Part shown: one piece after another, positions 25,838 to 35,041 of the stretch | How the letters are laid out: the number at the start of each line of letters is the position of its first letter | How positions within the stretch are numbered: the stretch's first letter is position 1 | Translations under genes and position numbers: made by a program | Source of the DNA: a virus | Taxonomy: Duplodnaviria; Caudoviricetes | Reading direction: 5' to 3' (one strand) | IMG/VR virus record: IMGVR_UViG_3300043633_000023 | Location: 1 to 41,827 of that record | DNA: 41,827 nucleotides | The notes under the pieces: generated by a model | The model's input: only the letters and a program-made list of their open reading frames with translations | Database searches by the model: none | Told to the model about the DNA's origin: nothing

Positions 25838-27547
25838 ATGGCAGACCCCAACGCACTCGCCTTCAGCGTGCCCACGATCGCCAGCAGCGGCGCCCCCCAG
25901 GTGGTCAATCCGCTGGCGGCGATCAGCGCCGGGAACCAGGCGGCGGTGGGCCTGTATGATCTGCGGGCGAAGCAGGCGAGCGAGGCGGCCGGGCAGGCGT
26001 ATCAGGGCGCGATCAATCCGCAGACCGGCGAGCTGGACGCGAACGAGTTCCGCAGGCGCCTGGCGGCCAGCGGGCCGGCGGCAATGGCAGCAGGAGCCTC
26101 GCTGGCGAACATCCAGAACATCAGCAGCAACCAGTTGGAACAGAGCCTCAAGAAGGCTGGATGGGTCAATGCGGCGGCTGGGGCTGCGCTGCAATCCGGC
26201 GATTTCAGCGATGGGGCAATGCTGCGGCTATTCCAGAGCGGTTTGGCTAACGGAACGCTGACGATGCCGGAGGTACAGCGGCAAATGGCAATCCTGCCGC
26301 CGGATGCCGAGGGGCGGCGGAAATGGTTGCAAGAGCATCAGGACACAGCCGCATCCGTCGAAGAGCAATATAAGCAGCGTTTCGGCACACGTCCGCAGGT
26401 ATCAGCCGGCGGCACGACAGAGTTCCCGATCGTGCCATCGGCGAGGTCGGGTCTACCAGGGCCGTCCGTCCAGCAGACCGCAACACCGGGCGAGCAAGCC
26501 GGTCTCGTTACCATCCATGTGCCGGTGGATGCGGCGGGTAATCCCACCACGCCAGACAAGGCGGTGAGATATGACCAGAAGCAGGTGCCGCGCGGCAGCC
26601 TGCCCGGTCTGCCGATGCCGGCAGTGCCCGGCGCCGCACCGCCCGCGCAGACGCTGCCCACCAATGCCGCCAAGCCATCGGGAACGCCGCCGGGGCGCAA
26701 CACGCCCATCCAGCCGGCACTGGTGCCGCCACCGGCGCCTAACTCTGCCGCACCCGCCCCAGAGGTTCCGGCATCCACGCCCGGTGTGGTAACGGGGACG
26801 GGCGGCGTGCCGATGATTACGTCGGCGCCCCCGCAGGGGCAGCCGGAACGGGTCCAGGAAGATGTCAAGCAATGGCAGACCGCAAATGCAGACATGGACA
26901 ACAAAAGACGCAACGAAGCGGCAGGGGTGGCAGCCCTCCAGGCGCTGGAATACGCGCACACCGGCCCCGGCACCGGCAACGTCGCCGCAGTGCGGAATTT
27001 CATGATCACGCAGGGCATTCCGGGGTATCAGCTCCTCGATTCCACTCAGGACGAGCAGCGGCAGATTGCCAAGAAAAACCTGCTGCGCTTTGCCCAAAGC
27101 AGCGGCGCCAGGGCCGGCACCGATCTCGGGCTGACCACACAGCTCGAAAGCAACGCCAACGTGGACACCATGCTCCAGACCGTAAACACGCACATCCTGA
27201 AAGGAGATCTCGGGCTGGCCAGGCAGCGCATCGCGCAGCAACTGACGGCCCCGGATGGGGGCACCGGCAAGACCGAGTTCGGCATCGGGCAGGGCGAGCA
27301 TATCAAGAACTTCACCAGCCAGACCGACCCGGTAGCGTTCGCGTGGGACAAGCTGGATGAGCATGAACGTGCGGCGCATCTGGCCGAGATCGCCAAGGTT
27401 CAAGGCGGCATGGAAAAGTGGAAACGTTCCATGAAGATCGCCCGCGACACCGGGCTGATACAGGTTCCGACAGCGCCGCCGGATCGGCGTTCGGCGATCA
27501 TGCCTCAGATGATGCCGGGACCGCTGCCCAACGCGCTGCTCGCGTGA
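25838..27547 (+). CDS. DNA ejection protein (gp20-like position)
   Basis: Q/A/P-rich 569-aa protein after the gp7-like gene. Confidence 0.6.
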   Translation: MADPNALAFSVPTIASSGAPQVVNPLAAISAGNQAAVGLYDLRAKQASEAAGQAYQGAINPQTGELDANEFRRRLAASGPAAMAAGASLANIQNISSNQLEQSLKKAGWVNAAAGAALQSGDFSDGAMLRLFQSGLANGTLTMPEVQRQMAILPPDAEGRRKWLQEHQDTAASVEEQYKQRFGTRPQVSAGGTTEFPIVPSARSGLPGPSVQQTATPGEQAGLVTIHVPVDAAGNPTTPDKAVRYDQKQVPRGSLPGLPMPAVPGAAPPAQTLPTNAAKPSGTPPGRNTPIQPALVPPPAPNSAAPAPEVPASTPGVVTGTGGVPMITSAPPQGQPERVQEDVKQWQTANADMDNKRRNEAAGVAALQALEYAHTGPGTGNVAAVRNFMITQGIPGYQLLDSTQDEQRQIAKKNLLRFAQSSGARAGTDLGLTTQLESNANVDTMLQTVNTHILKGDLGLARQRIAQQLTAPDGGTGKTEFGIGQGEHIKNFTSQTDPVAFAWDKLDEHERAAHLAEIAKVQGGMEKWKRSMKIARDTGLIQVPTAPPDRRSAIMPQMMPGPLPNALLA

Positions 27548-27548
27548 C

Positions 27549-27983
27549 ATGGCCAACGATCCGCTCGTCCCGTTCGATCCGATCTTCCATGCGGCGGGAG
27601 AGGCCTGGAACGTAGACCCGTTGCTGCTGCGTGCCATCGCCATGCAGGAAAGCGGCGGCAACCCGAACCTCAAGGATGGGGTAGCGCACGGCCTGATGCA
27701 GATCACGCCGGCCACTCAGAAGAAGCTGGGCGTGGAAGATCCGCTTGACCCGGTGCAGTCGATCTGGGGTGCCGCCAAATACATGGACGAGGCGTTGCAG
27801 CGCGAAAAGACCGCTGAGGATGCGTTGCGCTACTACCACGGCGGTCCCGGCTGGCGGAAAGCGTTCGGGCCGGAAAGCCGCGGCTACGTTCCGGCCGTGG
27901 GCAAATACTACAAGCAATACATCGACGCCCAGCAGGCGGCACAACCGCCGGAACCACCCCCCGCAGCACGGGATAAAGAGTGA
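27549..27983 (+). CDS. Lytic transglycosylase (SLT domain)
   Basis: AIAMQESGG (catalytic Glu), GLMQITP, ALRYYHGGPG, ESRGYV. Confidence 0.92.
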   Translation: MANDPLVPFDPIFHAAGEAWNVDPLLLRAIAMQESGGNPNLKDGVAHGLMQITPATQKKLGVEDPLDPVQSIWGAAKYMDEALQREKTAEDALRYYHGGPGWRKAFGPESRGYVPAVGKYYKQYIDAQQAAQPPEPPPAARDKE

Positions 27984-30091
27984 TGGCCGCCGCCAATCGC
28001 GACGATGATCCCACGACATGGTTTCCGGTTGCCAAGGTGCCGGCCGCCACTTCTGGAACGACTGCGCCCGCCGCCAATGACGACCCGACGACGTGGTTTC
28101 CGGTCGGCACGGTCAAGGAAAAGCCCCCACCCGGCGGCGGCGTCATTCGCAACATCGGGGCCGGCTCGGCAGAAGGCGGCGCAGGCGGCATCAATTTCAT
28201 GTCCGATCCGGTCGGCAGCCTGGGGCAGATGGCGCTGACTGCTGGCGGGACCGCCTATGACGCAGCGGCTCCGTATGTCGGGCTGCCGCGCATGACCCCG
28301 GCGTTCCGTAATTTCCTTTATGGCACGGCCGATGCCGACATACCGCAGCCCGGCACACGGCTGATGAACACCATCATGGCGGCGAACCCGGAAGCCGACC
28401 GGCCGGGAAGCGTGCCAGTCACTACTCCGGCAGAGCGGATAGCACGCGCGGGCGCGGCGGGAGCGGTGGCAGGCACGATGCTACCCAATCCGTTGCTCGG
28501 GCCGCTTAGTGGCGCGGCGGGCGCAGTCACGGGTGAGGAAGCCGGGCGCATGGCCCCTGAATGGGCGCAGCCTGGCGTGCAGTTGCTCGGCAACGTGTTG
28601 GGCGGCGGCATCGTGCTGGGTGCGCCGGCCGCATACAACGCGCTCAAGCCGGGGCTGGCACGGCTATCTGAGGGGGGCATCCAGCTACCGCCGGGAGTCA
28701 GCCCGCTATCGCCTGAAGCGGCGGCGTTCTACGACGCACAGCGGGCTGCCAGGCGGGGCGGGGGGACACCACCCCAACCGCCAACGGAACCGCCGTCAGG
28801 GGCAGCGACGCCCCCCGAGGGACCATCGCCGGGGATGGGTGGCGGTGGTGCCGCACAGCCGACCCAGGCGGCGGGGGCCGCGGTCTCGCCTGCGGCAGTC
28901 GTCGGTATGACGCCGGAAGAGGTGGCGATCTACCGCACCACGGCCGAGGGCAACAAGCTGCTGGAACCGCAAGCGGTGGGCGTGCCTGACCGCAATCAAT
29001 ACGTGCGCGGCGTCAATCCGACGCTGGCGGAACAGGAACAGAGCGTCAATACCGCGCGCGAGTTGAAAGCTGCCGGCATCGCGGACACCGCCGTATCACA
29101 GGAAGCCCGGCTCGTCGCCGAGGAACACAACGAAGCGCGCGGGCAGCACTGGGACGAGATGAGCGGCGTGCCGAATGACATCCGCAACCGGGAACTCACC
29201 CAGGAACGCGATATTCAGAGAGCCAAGCCGGAAGTGTTCAAGGATGCCGGCCAGCCGGGCCATGAGGTAGTGCTGGACCCGATAACGACGAAGATCCGGG
29301 ATACCCTGGCGGTGCCCGAGAACCTCGAAAGTCCGGCAGTGCAGGAAGCTATGGGCTATGTGCTCAACCGCCTGGTGGACGAGAACGGCAACCCCAGGAT
29401 CACCAACCCCCGGCAACTATGGGGGTTGCGCCAGCAGATCGACAAGATGACATCCAAGCGGATGGCCAGCGAGGATTCCAAGCTGCATTACGCGGCGGGC
29501 CAGCTCAGTGAGTTGAAGCCGATCATCGACGCGCAGATTGAGAAGGTATCGCCGGGCTTTGGCGATATGCTCAAGACCTATTCCGAGCATGCCCGCCGGA
29601 TCGAGGAAATGCGGCTGCTACAAGGGATAAAGAACGACATTTATGTAGGATCTGGCGGCCGGATGCGGATGAGTTTCGACAAGCTGCAAAATGCCATGAA
29701 GCGCATCGTGGACATGCGCGATCCGACCCAAACCTTTGAGCAGAACCCCTACAATTCGATCAGCGAAGCGAACATGCGGAAGCTGTGGGATCTGCGCGAC
29801 GATCTGCGCCGCTCGGCGAGTGCTCTGGAACTGGCGCGTGCGGCTGGATCTGATACGGTGCCGAATATTCTGGATATGTTTAAGGGCATGGCCAAAGGGC
29901 CAGAAGGATTGGCGGCGCTGCACGGGGCGGCGGCTTTGATATCGCCCGGCTATGGCAATGTGGCAGTGCATTTCGGCAAGCGGCTGGTTGAACCGTTCCT
30001 TGATGCTCGCCGAGCGGCGCAAACCCGCCAGCAGGGTATGGAAATGCTGCGGCCACCGATTAACCAGTTGCGCGACCCGAACGCACCCTAA
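27980..30091 (+). CDS. Large DNA ejection protein (gp16-like position)
   Basis: G/A-rich hydrophobic N-half and helical C-half; last gene of the late operon; DDPTTWFPV occurs twice. Confidence 0.6.
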   Translation: MMAAANRDDDPTTWFPVAKVPAATSGTTAPAANDDPTTWFPVGTVKEKPPPGGGVIRNIGAGSAEGGAGGINFMSDPVGSLGQMALTAGGTAYDAAAPYVGLPRMTPAFRNFLYGTADADIPQPGTRLMNTIMAANPEADRPGSVPVTTPAERIARAGAAGAVAGTMLPNPLLGPLSGAAGAVTGEEAGRMAPEWAQPGVQLLGNVLGGGIVLGAPAAYNALKPGLARLSEGGIQLPPGVSPLSPEAAAFYDAQRAARRGGGTPPQPPTEPPSGAATPPEGPSPGMGGGGAAQPTQAAGAAVSPAAVVGMTPEEVAIYRTTAEGNKLLEPQAVGVPDRNQYVRGVNPTLAEQEQSVNTARELKAAGIADTAVSQEARLVAEEHNEARGQHWDEMSGVPNDIRNRELTQERDIQRAKPEVFKDAGQPGHEVVLDPITTKIRDTLAVPENLESPAVQEAMGYVLNRLVDENGNPRITNPRQLWGLRQQIDKMTSKRMASEDSKLHYAAGQLSELKPIIDAQIEKVSPGFGDMLKTYSEHARRIEEMRLLQGIKNDIYVGSGGRMRMSFDKLQNAMKRIVDMRDPTQTFEQNPYNSISEANMRKLWDLRDDLRRSASALELARAAGSDTVPNILDMFKGMAKGPEGLAALHGAAALISPGYGNVAVHFGKRLVEPFLDARRAAQTRQQGMEMLRPPINQLRDPNAP

Positions 30092-30297
30092 GCCGTGACG
30101 CGACGCCGCCGCACGTAGATCGGGATGCCGCTGGCGAACCAGCCGATGGCCCCGGCTATGACGCCGCCGACAATCTCGCCGAGCAGCAGGCCATATCCCA
30201 CGCATAGCAGGAATATCACCACGCGGGCGAACCAGTTCCCGACAAGCCAGAAATAGAGCAGGGCGAGGGCGAGGACGATGGCGAGCAATATGACCAT
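30088..30297 (-). CDS. Small multi-TM membrane protein (exclusion candidate)
   Basis: Almost entirely hydrophobic, with a basic RRRR tail. Confidence 0.6.
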   Translation of the reverse strand: MVILLAIVLALALLYFWLVGNWFARVVIFLLCVGYGLLLGEIVGGVIAGAIGWFASGIPIYVRRRRVTA

Positions 30298-30298
30298 G

Positions 30299-30511
30299 TC
30301 AGTGCCCCACTCCAAACGCGGCGAGGATTTCCGGCAGCCGGGCGACGATCGCGGCGAGCGTGGCGAGGATTATGGTGAACGGGGCAATCCAGCGTTCACG
30401 GTCGAATTTGCGGGCTTCGGCGCGCAGCTTGGCGGCCTCATCGAGATCGCGATCGATCCGTACTAGGATCGCGCGAATATCGAGCGGGTCACGGGCGGGT
30501 ATGTCACTCAT
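30299..30511 (-). CDS. Coiled-coil protein with C-terminal TM helix
   Basis: EAAKLRAEARKFDRERW followed by a hydrophobic helix. Confidence 0.6.
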   Translation of the reverse strand: MSDIPARDPLDIRAILVRIDRDLDEAAKLRAEARKFDRERWIAPFTIILATLAAIVARLPEILAAFGVGH

Positions 30512-30640
30512 GGCCGCTTCTCGCGCGCCGGGTGCTGGGGTAAATATGCGGTAGCCATGTGATCCTCCCACCAAGGGTCTACGGTCAGGGCGCGCAGTGC
30601 CGCTACAACGGTCTGTGCGCCCGATTTGTGTCTAGCACGG

Positions 30641-30847
30641 TCACGCGGCGGCGTCCTTCCTCGGCGGCGGGGTGCTCTCGGCGTGGCGGGCGCGGGATTC
30701 AATCCACTCGGCGATCTGCCATGGGACGGTGGGGCTGCCCTTGAGCCAGCGCCGCACTTGGTTCTCGCTGCGGCTGGTGAGCGTGGCGAGGTAGCGGGCG
30801 GACCAGCCCAGCGTGGCCATGCACTCGCGCAGGCGGCCCGGGGACAC
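30641..30847 (-). CDS. XRE-type HTH regulator
   Basis: LGWSARYLATLTSRSENQVRRWLKG..VP. Confidence 0.75.
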   Translation of the reverse strand: MSPGRLRECMATLGWSARYLATLTSRSENQVRRWLKGSPTVPWQIAEWIESRARHAESTPPPRKDAAA

Positions 30848-30849
30848 GG

Positions 30850-31059
30850 CTAGGCCTCCGTCGCGCCAAGCATGGGCACCGGCAGGCCGTGCTCCTGCGC
30901 AATCCGCTCCAACTGCTCACAGCAACCTATAAACAGGTTGTGGATATCAATGCGGTCGTATTGGCCGGCGACTTGTTCCGCCAGCGCGCGGGCTGCGTCC
31001 AATGCGATGGCGGCGGTATGTAGCCGCGTCATGATGTCGATAGCTTCGTCTTGGGTCAT
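30850..31059 (-). CDS. Hypothetical protein
   Basis: AAGGAA RBS; first gene after the predicted leftward promoter. Confidence 0.55.
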   Translation of the reverse strand: MTQDEAIDIMTRLHTAAIALDAARALAEQVAGQYDRIDIHNLFIGCCEQLERIAQEHGLPVPMLGATEA

Positions 31060-31104
31060 CGGGGTGGTTCCTTATCTGGCCGGGCCAACCCCGTCCGTAG
31101 CGCC

Positions 31105-31150
31105 TTTATGTGCGCAAAACGCGGACAATGCAAGCGCATAATGCGCACAT
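31105..31150 (-). promoter_or_regulatory. Leftward promoter with inverted-repeat operator
   Basis: TTGCAT-17-CATAAA on the minus strand; ATGTGCGCA 31108-16 and TGCGCACAT 31142-50 form an inverted repeat. Confidence 0.55.
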
Positions 31151-31487
31151 GGACGAATTATCTTCGATGTGTCCAGAATCGCTTGTCATGAGGAAATGGT
31201 CGTTTGCAGTCGGTTTCGTCCCTGTAAATCGGCTCGGAAAAAGTCAAGACGGCAAAACCTATGTCGCGGATAGAAAGTTGTGACATGATTTAATGCCCCA
31301 CGGGATCAACGGGTTAGCTCTGGCAATGTCGATGCATTCCGCCGAATGTCGCGGTTTGTCGGAGTTTCGTCGCCGTTTGCTACCCAGTTCTGTCCGGTTA
31401 TGTCGGGTTCTGTCGCCCGGTCGCTCTAGCCGGGCTAGCGAGATTCTGCCGATCCCCCGGCGGCCGACGAGAACATGCCGCGTTGCT

Positions 31488-31748
31488 TCAATCTCGCCGC
31501 GCATTGCCAGCCGCATCAACGGTATCCTGGGCATCCTCGGTGATGGTCTTGGTCATGGCTTCGGCCATGCCCATGCGTGCCTTTGCCGAGAAACGCGCGA
31601 GTGCCGCGTCGGCCAGGAAGCACACCATGGCGACCGCCTCCAGCGGCTGGAGCATCGCCAGCACCTTGGCCATTGGCCCTCCGTGCTTTTCGAGCTGGGC
31701 TGCGATGCGTCGCTCGGCGTCGGCCTCCATCTCGGCGCGGCTGGGCAT
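31488..31748 (-). CDS. Hypothetical helical protein
   Basis: AAGGAG RBS before MPSRAEMEA. Confidence 0.6.
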   Translation of the reverse strand: MPSRAEMEADAERRIAAQLEKHGGPMAKVLAMLQPLEAVAMVCFLADAALARFSAKARMGMAEAMTKTITEDAQDTVDAAGNARRD

Positions 31749-31781
31749 GGGTGGCTCCTTTATTGTTGCGGCGCGGCCGCG

Positions 31782-32206
31782 GGTCATACCAAAAGTCATC
31801 CCGGTCATACCTGGGGAGGACCGATGACACCGCACCGAGATCCGGCCTGGACCATCAAGTCGATGCCCGTGGCCGAGCGGGAGCAGGCGGCGGCGGCGGC
31901 ACAGCGCCAGGACCGCAGCCAGGGCGAGTGGATCGCCATGGCAATTCGGACGCAGTTGCAGTTGGAAAGCGGGGCACTGGCACCATCGGACGGTGCGGTC
32001 ATCCCGCCGGTCATCCCGGTCATCCGGCCGGTCACACCGCTGGCCGTGGCCGAGCTGGAAACGCTGGCGCGGGTGTGCAGCCTCCTCGCCGAGGCGGCGG
32101 GCAAGCCGGTGCCGCAATCGGTGACGCGGCTAATGTGGCGGCGGGTTCGGGAACGCCTGGGCGGCGGGATGACCAAAAGTCTGCCCGGTCTGACCGTGGG
32201 CATACC
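31782..32206. repeat. About 11 copies of GGTCATMCC-like 9-mers in three clusters
   Basis: Copies at 31782, 31794 and 31803; 31997, 32009, 32018 and 32030; inverted at 32166; degenerate at 32178, 32187 and 32198. Confidence 0.7.
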
Positions 32207-32285
32207 GTCACCCGTCCCAGTCGCCGTGCCAGGCCCGCCAGCCGGCGACCAGGCCGACCAGCAGCACGGCGAGGGCGAGCAGTAG
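31824..32285 (+). CDS. Ribbon-helix-helix-like DNA-binding protein
   Basis: GGAGGA RBS; WTIKSM..AEREQAAAAAQRQDRSQGEWIAMAI fits a strand-helix-helix pattern. Confidence 0.65.
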   Translation: MTPHRDPAWTIKSMPVAEREQAAAAAQRQDRSQGEWIAMAIRTQLQLESGALAPSDGAVIPPVIPVIRPVTPLAVAELETLARVCSLLAEAAGKPVPQSVTRLMWRRVRERLGGGMTKSLPGLTVGIPSPVPVAVPGPPAGDQADQQHGEGEQ

Positions 32286-32299
32286 GAAGACCACGGCGC

Positions 32300-32482
32300 T
32301 CACGGCGATTCCTCCCCGTTGCCGTCCAGGGCGGTGAGTACCTCCATGAACCCGGTTTCGACCAGGGTTTGCAGCCCGCGCACGGCGTCGGCGAGGGCCT
32401 GCATGGTTTCGTTGAAAGTCTGTGCGTGCTCGTCCTGGCCCGCGAGGATGGCGCGCAGCATGGCGTTGGTGTCGTCGCTCAT
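32300..32482 (-). CDS. Hypothetical coiled-coil protein
   Basis: Last gene of the leftward early operon. Confidence 0.5.
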   Translation of the reverse strand: MSDDTNAMLRAILAGQDEHAQTFNETMQALADAVRGLQTLVETGFMEVLTALDGNGEESP

Positions 32483-32485
32483 CGC

Positions 32486-33370
32486 TTATGCCTGCGCCTT
32501 CTCGGGATCGGGGCCGGGCCAGTCGCTGTCGGTCGCGTCAAAGCGGGCATAGGCGTCGGCGAGGATGTCGCTGATCTCGTCTTGCACCCATTGCGGGGCG
32601 GCGAGGAGTGCCTTCGCCAGTTTCTTGTCCTCGCCGAGTTCCGCGACTTGGGCGCGGTTGGTGCAGCCCGCCGCCTTGCCGCGCAGGCTGGTAAGGGAGG
32701 CTTGCCACTGCTCATCGGTGAAAGCTGGCGGGGCAGGGGACTCTACCGGCGGCTGGGGCTGCTCGTCGTAGGTCGGCGCCAAGCGGGCGATGCGCTCGGC
32801 CTTGGGCATGGCGGCAGCCGCGGCGCGGACTGGTGGCTCGGCGTCCAATGTCGGGCCAGCGTGCGGCGGCTCCTTGCGCGGCGCCGGGATGTCGGCGGCT
32901 TCCTCGGGAACGTACATTCCCGAAGTCGCGAGCGGCCAGACGGTGCGGACGCCCTCACTGACGACGCGGGAGCGCAGCATCTGGCGCGGGAACTTCTTGT
33001 AGTTGTCCTTGGCCATGAGGCCAGCAGTGCGGGCGCGCTCCATGTTCCAGCCGATGCGGGCCGAGCCGCCCTGTGGATGCGAGAAAGTCGCATCTGCGTT
33101 CTCGTCCGTCAGCGTGTGCCACTCGACCTTGCCGCCGCCCTCGAAGAAATCGCGCAGCATGGCCTCGGCCTTCTTGGCGGGCCTGCCCTGGATGATATCG
33201 TAATCACGGGCAGCGAGCGCCGGATGCCTGCCTTCCGCTTGAGAGATCGCCATGAGCACCAGAGCCTGCTCGGGCGTCTTCATGCCGAAGAGCCCGCTTT
33301 TAGCGATAGCGGCTGCCAGGCGTTCCATCTCGGCGAAGCTGCTGCCGCCGGTCGTGGCGATCTCGTTCAT
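32486..33370 (-). CDS. Single-strand annealing recombinase (RecT/Redbeta-like)
   Basis: AIAKSGLF, IIQGRP, YKKFPRQMLRSR, GMYVPEE. Confidence 0.8.
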   Translation of the reverse strand: MNEIATTGGSSFAEMERLAAAIAKSGLFGMKTPEQALVLMAISQAEGRHPALAARDYDIIQGRPAKKAEAMLRDFFEGGGKVEWHTLTDENADATFSHPQGGSARIGWNMERARTAGLMAKDNYKKFPRQMLRSRVVSEGVRTVWPLATSGMYVPEEAADIPAPRKEPPHAGPTLDAEPPVRAAAAAMPKAERIARLAPTYDEQPQPPVESPAPPAFTDEQWQASLTSLRGKAAGCTNRAQVAELGEDKKLAKALLAAPQWVQDEISDILADAYARFDATDSDWPGPDPEKAQA

Positions 33371-33840
33371 GGCTTCTTTCCCTTGATTGCGAGCGACATT
33401 TCGTTGGGGCGAACGATCGAACAGCCGGGCACTTCGGTGCCGCCGTCGATCGCCGCATGGATCTTCTTGCGGTCTGGCACAGGCGGCGGCTGCATCATGT
33501 ATTCGGCCGGAATGGCCTTGCTGTCGTCGATGACGAGCGCGGCGGGGCGGCGGGCGAGGTAAGCGAGGTGATGGCCTGAGGCGATCTGCGTCGCCCCGGT
33601 TTCCGCCATGGTGTGGGCCAGTTCGAGGCGCGTCATCTTGACGGCCTCGGCGGCGGCCTCCTGGAGCTGTTCGGCGGCGATGATGGCGGCCACCATGGCG
33701 CCCATGGCCTCCACCAGATCGTCCCGCGTGACCGCCTGCTGGTAGGCGTTGGCGTAGTCACGACCAGCGCGGTGGACCTGCGTGTAGGTGTCCTTTAGCG
33801 CCTTGAGGATCACGTTGCGGGCTGTCGCTGCTCCACTCAT
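33367..33840 (-). CDS. Siphovirus Gp157-like protein
   Basis: LVIDDSKAIPAEYM..PPVPDRKKI..AI..GTEVPGC..SLAIK. Confidence 0.8.
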   Translation of the reverse strand: MSGAATARNVILKALKDTYTQVHRAGRDYANAYQQAVTRDDLVEAMGAMVAAIIAAEQLQEAAAEAVKMTRLELAHTMAETGATQIASGHHLAYLARRPAALVIDDSKAIPAEYMMQPPPVPDRKKIHAAIDGGTEVPGCSIVRPNEMSLAIKGKKP

Positions 33841-33844
33841 CCCA

Positions 33845-34093
33845 TCAGTCCTTGTCGGCGTATTGCTCGCCCTCGGGCGGCAGTTCGGCCGGGTCTATGA
33901 CCGGGCCATCGACCACGCGGACGGTGCGTTTGACGCGGGGCGTGGCCGTCAATGCGGCGATGAACTCCTTCACCAGCATCAGGTGGATCTGTATGGCTTG
34001 GGCCTGTTCCTCCAGGCGGCGCTCCTCGGCGCGGTAGCGTTCCAGGGCGCGGGCGGCGTTGGCGGCCAGCTCGCCGCCGTTTGGCGCGTTCAT
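33845..34093 (-). CDS. Hypothetical protein
   Basis: AGGAG RBS; ATGA overlap. Confidence 0.55.
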   Translation of the reverse strand: MNAPNGGELAANAARALERYRAEERRLEEQAQAIQIHLMLVKEFIAALTATPRVKRTVRVVDGPVIDPAELPPEGEQYADKD

Positions 34094-34437
34094 GCCGCGC
34101 GCTCCTGCCGGTGGAAGCTGTTGCAGTCGTAGCAACGGGTGCCGTAGACGCCGACTGCATCCTCGGGCGGCTCACCGGCGCAGACGTAATCCGTGGACCT
34201 CGCGCGCACCGTGATCCAGCCGGTGCCGGCACACCATTCGCAGGCCCCGTCGCGGGCGGCTTCTGCGGCCTCATCCGCGTCGTCAAGCTGCTGCTCCAGG
34301 TCGCTGATCGCTTCCGCCTCGGTGGCGCCTTTGCCGATCGGCTGGCCGGTGCCGTCGTAGCTGTCCTCATACGCGCACCAGCGTTCGAGGGCGGGCGCGT
34401 AGCCGGTGGTATCCTCATGAGTCACGATCTGGGCCAT
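34090..34437 (-). CDS. Hypothetical Zn-finger protein
   Basis: IGKGATEAEAISDL; CEWCAGTG...CYDC. Confidence 0.6.
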   Translation of the reverse strand: MAQIVTHEDTTGYAPALERWCAYEDSYDGTGQPIGKGATEAEAISDLEQQLDDADEAAEAARDGACEWCAGTGWITVRARSTDYVCAGEPPEDAVGVYGTRCYDCNSFHRQERAA

Positions 34438-34440
34438 GGC

Positions 34441-34686
34441 TTATGCCGCGGCGTAGGGCTTGAACCACGCGCGCAGCTTGCGGGCGCGGGCGTCGATCTC
34501 GTCGGCGTCGATCTGTCCGGCGATGACGTTGAGGTCGGCGTGGCTTTCCTCAAGGGTGTTGGTCAAGTCGGACACCAGGCTTTCGACGCGGCAGTCCTCG
34601 CTGGCCTTGTAGGCGACGGCGAGGGCGGCGAGCGCGGTGCGGATGGCGGCCTGTGCGGTCTGGATGGCGTAAGCGTCGGTGTTCAT
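34441..34686 (-). CDS. Hypothetical protein, first gene of the PL operon
   Basis: AGGAG RBS before MNTDAY. Confidence 0.6.
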   Translation of the reverse strand: MNTDAYAIQTAQAAIRTALAALAVAYKASEDCRVESLVSDLTNTLEESHADLNVIAGQIDADEIDARARKLRAWFKPYAAA

Positions 34687-34709
34687 GGGGTGTTGCTCCT
34701 GCGTCTGTA

Positions 34710-34766
34710 TTGGCAGATTGCCAACAACCGAGTCATGAGTCAACACCTGATGTGGCAATTCGCCAA
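34710..34766 (-). promoter_or_regulatory. PL-like promoter with two operators
   Basis: TTGACT-17-CAATCT; TTGGCAGATTGCCAA 34710-24 and GTGGCAATTCGCCAA 34752-66. Confidence 0.75.
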
Positions 34767-35041
34767 CATTATCGCCATGGGAGCAGGGGCTGGCCTTGCG
34801 GCCGCTTTGTTAGGCTACGTCATATTGCGTAGCGTACGGTAACGCCTATTGCGGACACGTTGCCAATGTCTGGGGTGGCGGGATACCGTGGGCGAGGGTC
34901 AGGCTACCGGCCCGGCGGCTCACACCCGGCGTCCTCGGCCAACGCCGGACGTGTCGATGAGGCGACCGCATCAGCAAGCCGCACAGCGCAGGAGTGTCCG
35001 CGCTATGCCTGACGCCAGGATTGGCCAGCCAGCCGTATTCG

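Noticed and set aside
31131-31160. dif-like site (GCGCATAA resembles the XerC arm)
   Set aside because: There is no XerD arm (TTATGTTAAAT-like); the sequence fits a promoter/operator inverted repeat.
31577-33562. 661-aa plus-strand ORF and similar long shadow ORFs
   Set aside because: They are antisense or off-frame to recognisable genes, R/G/A-rich and motif-free, as expected in high-GC DNA.
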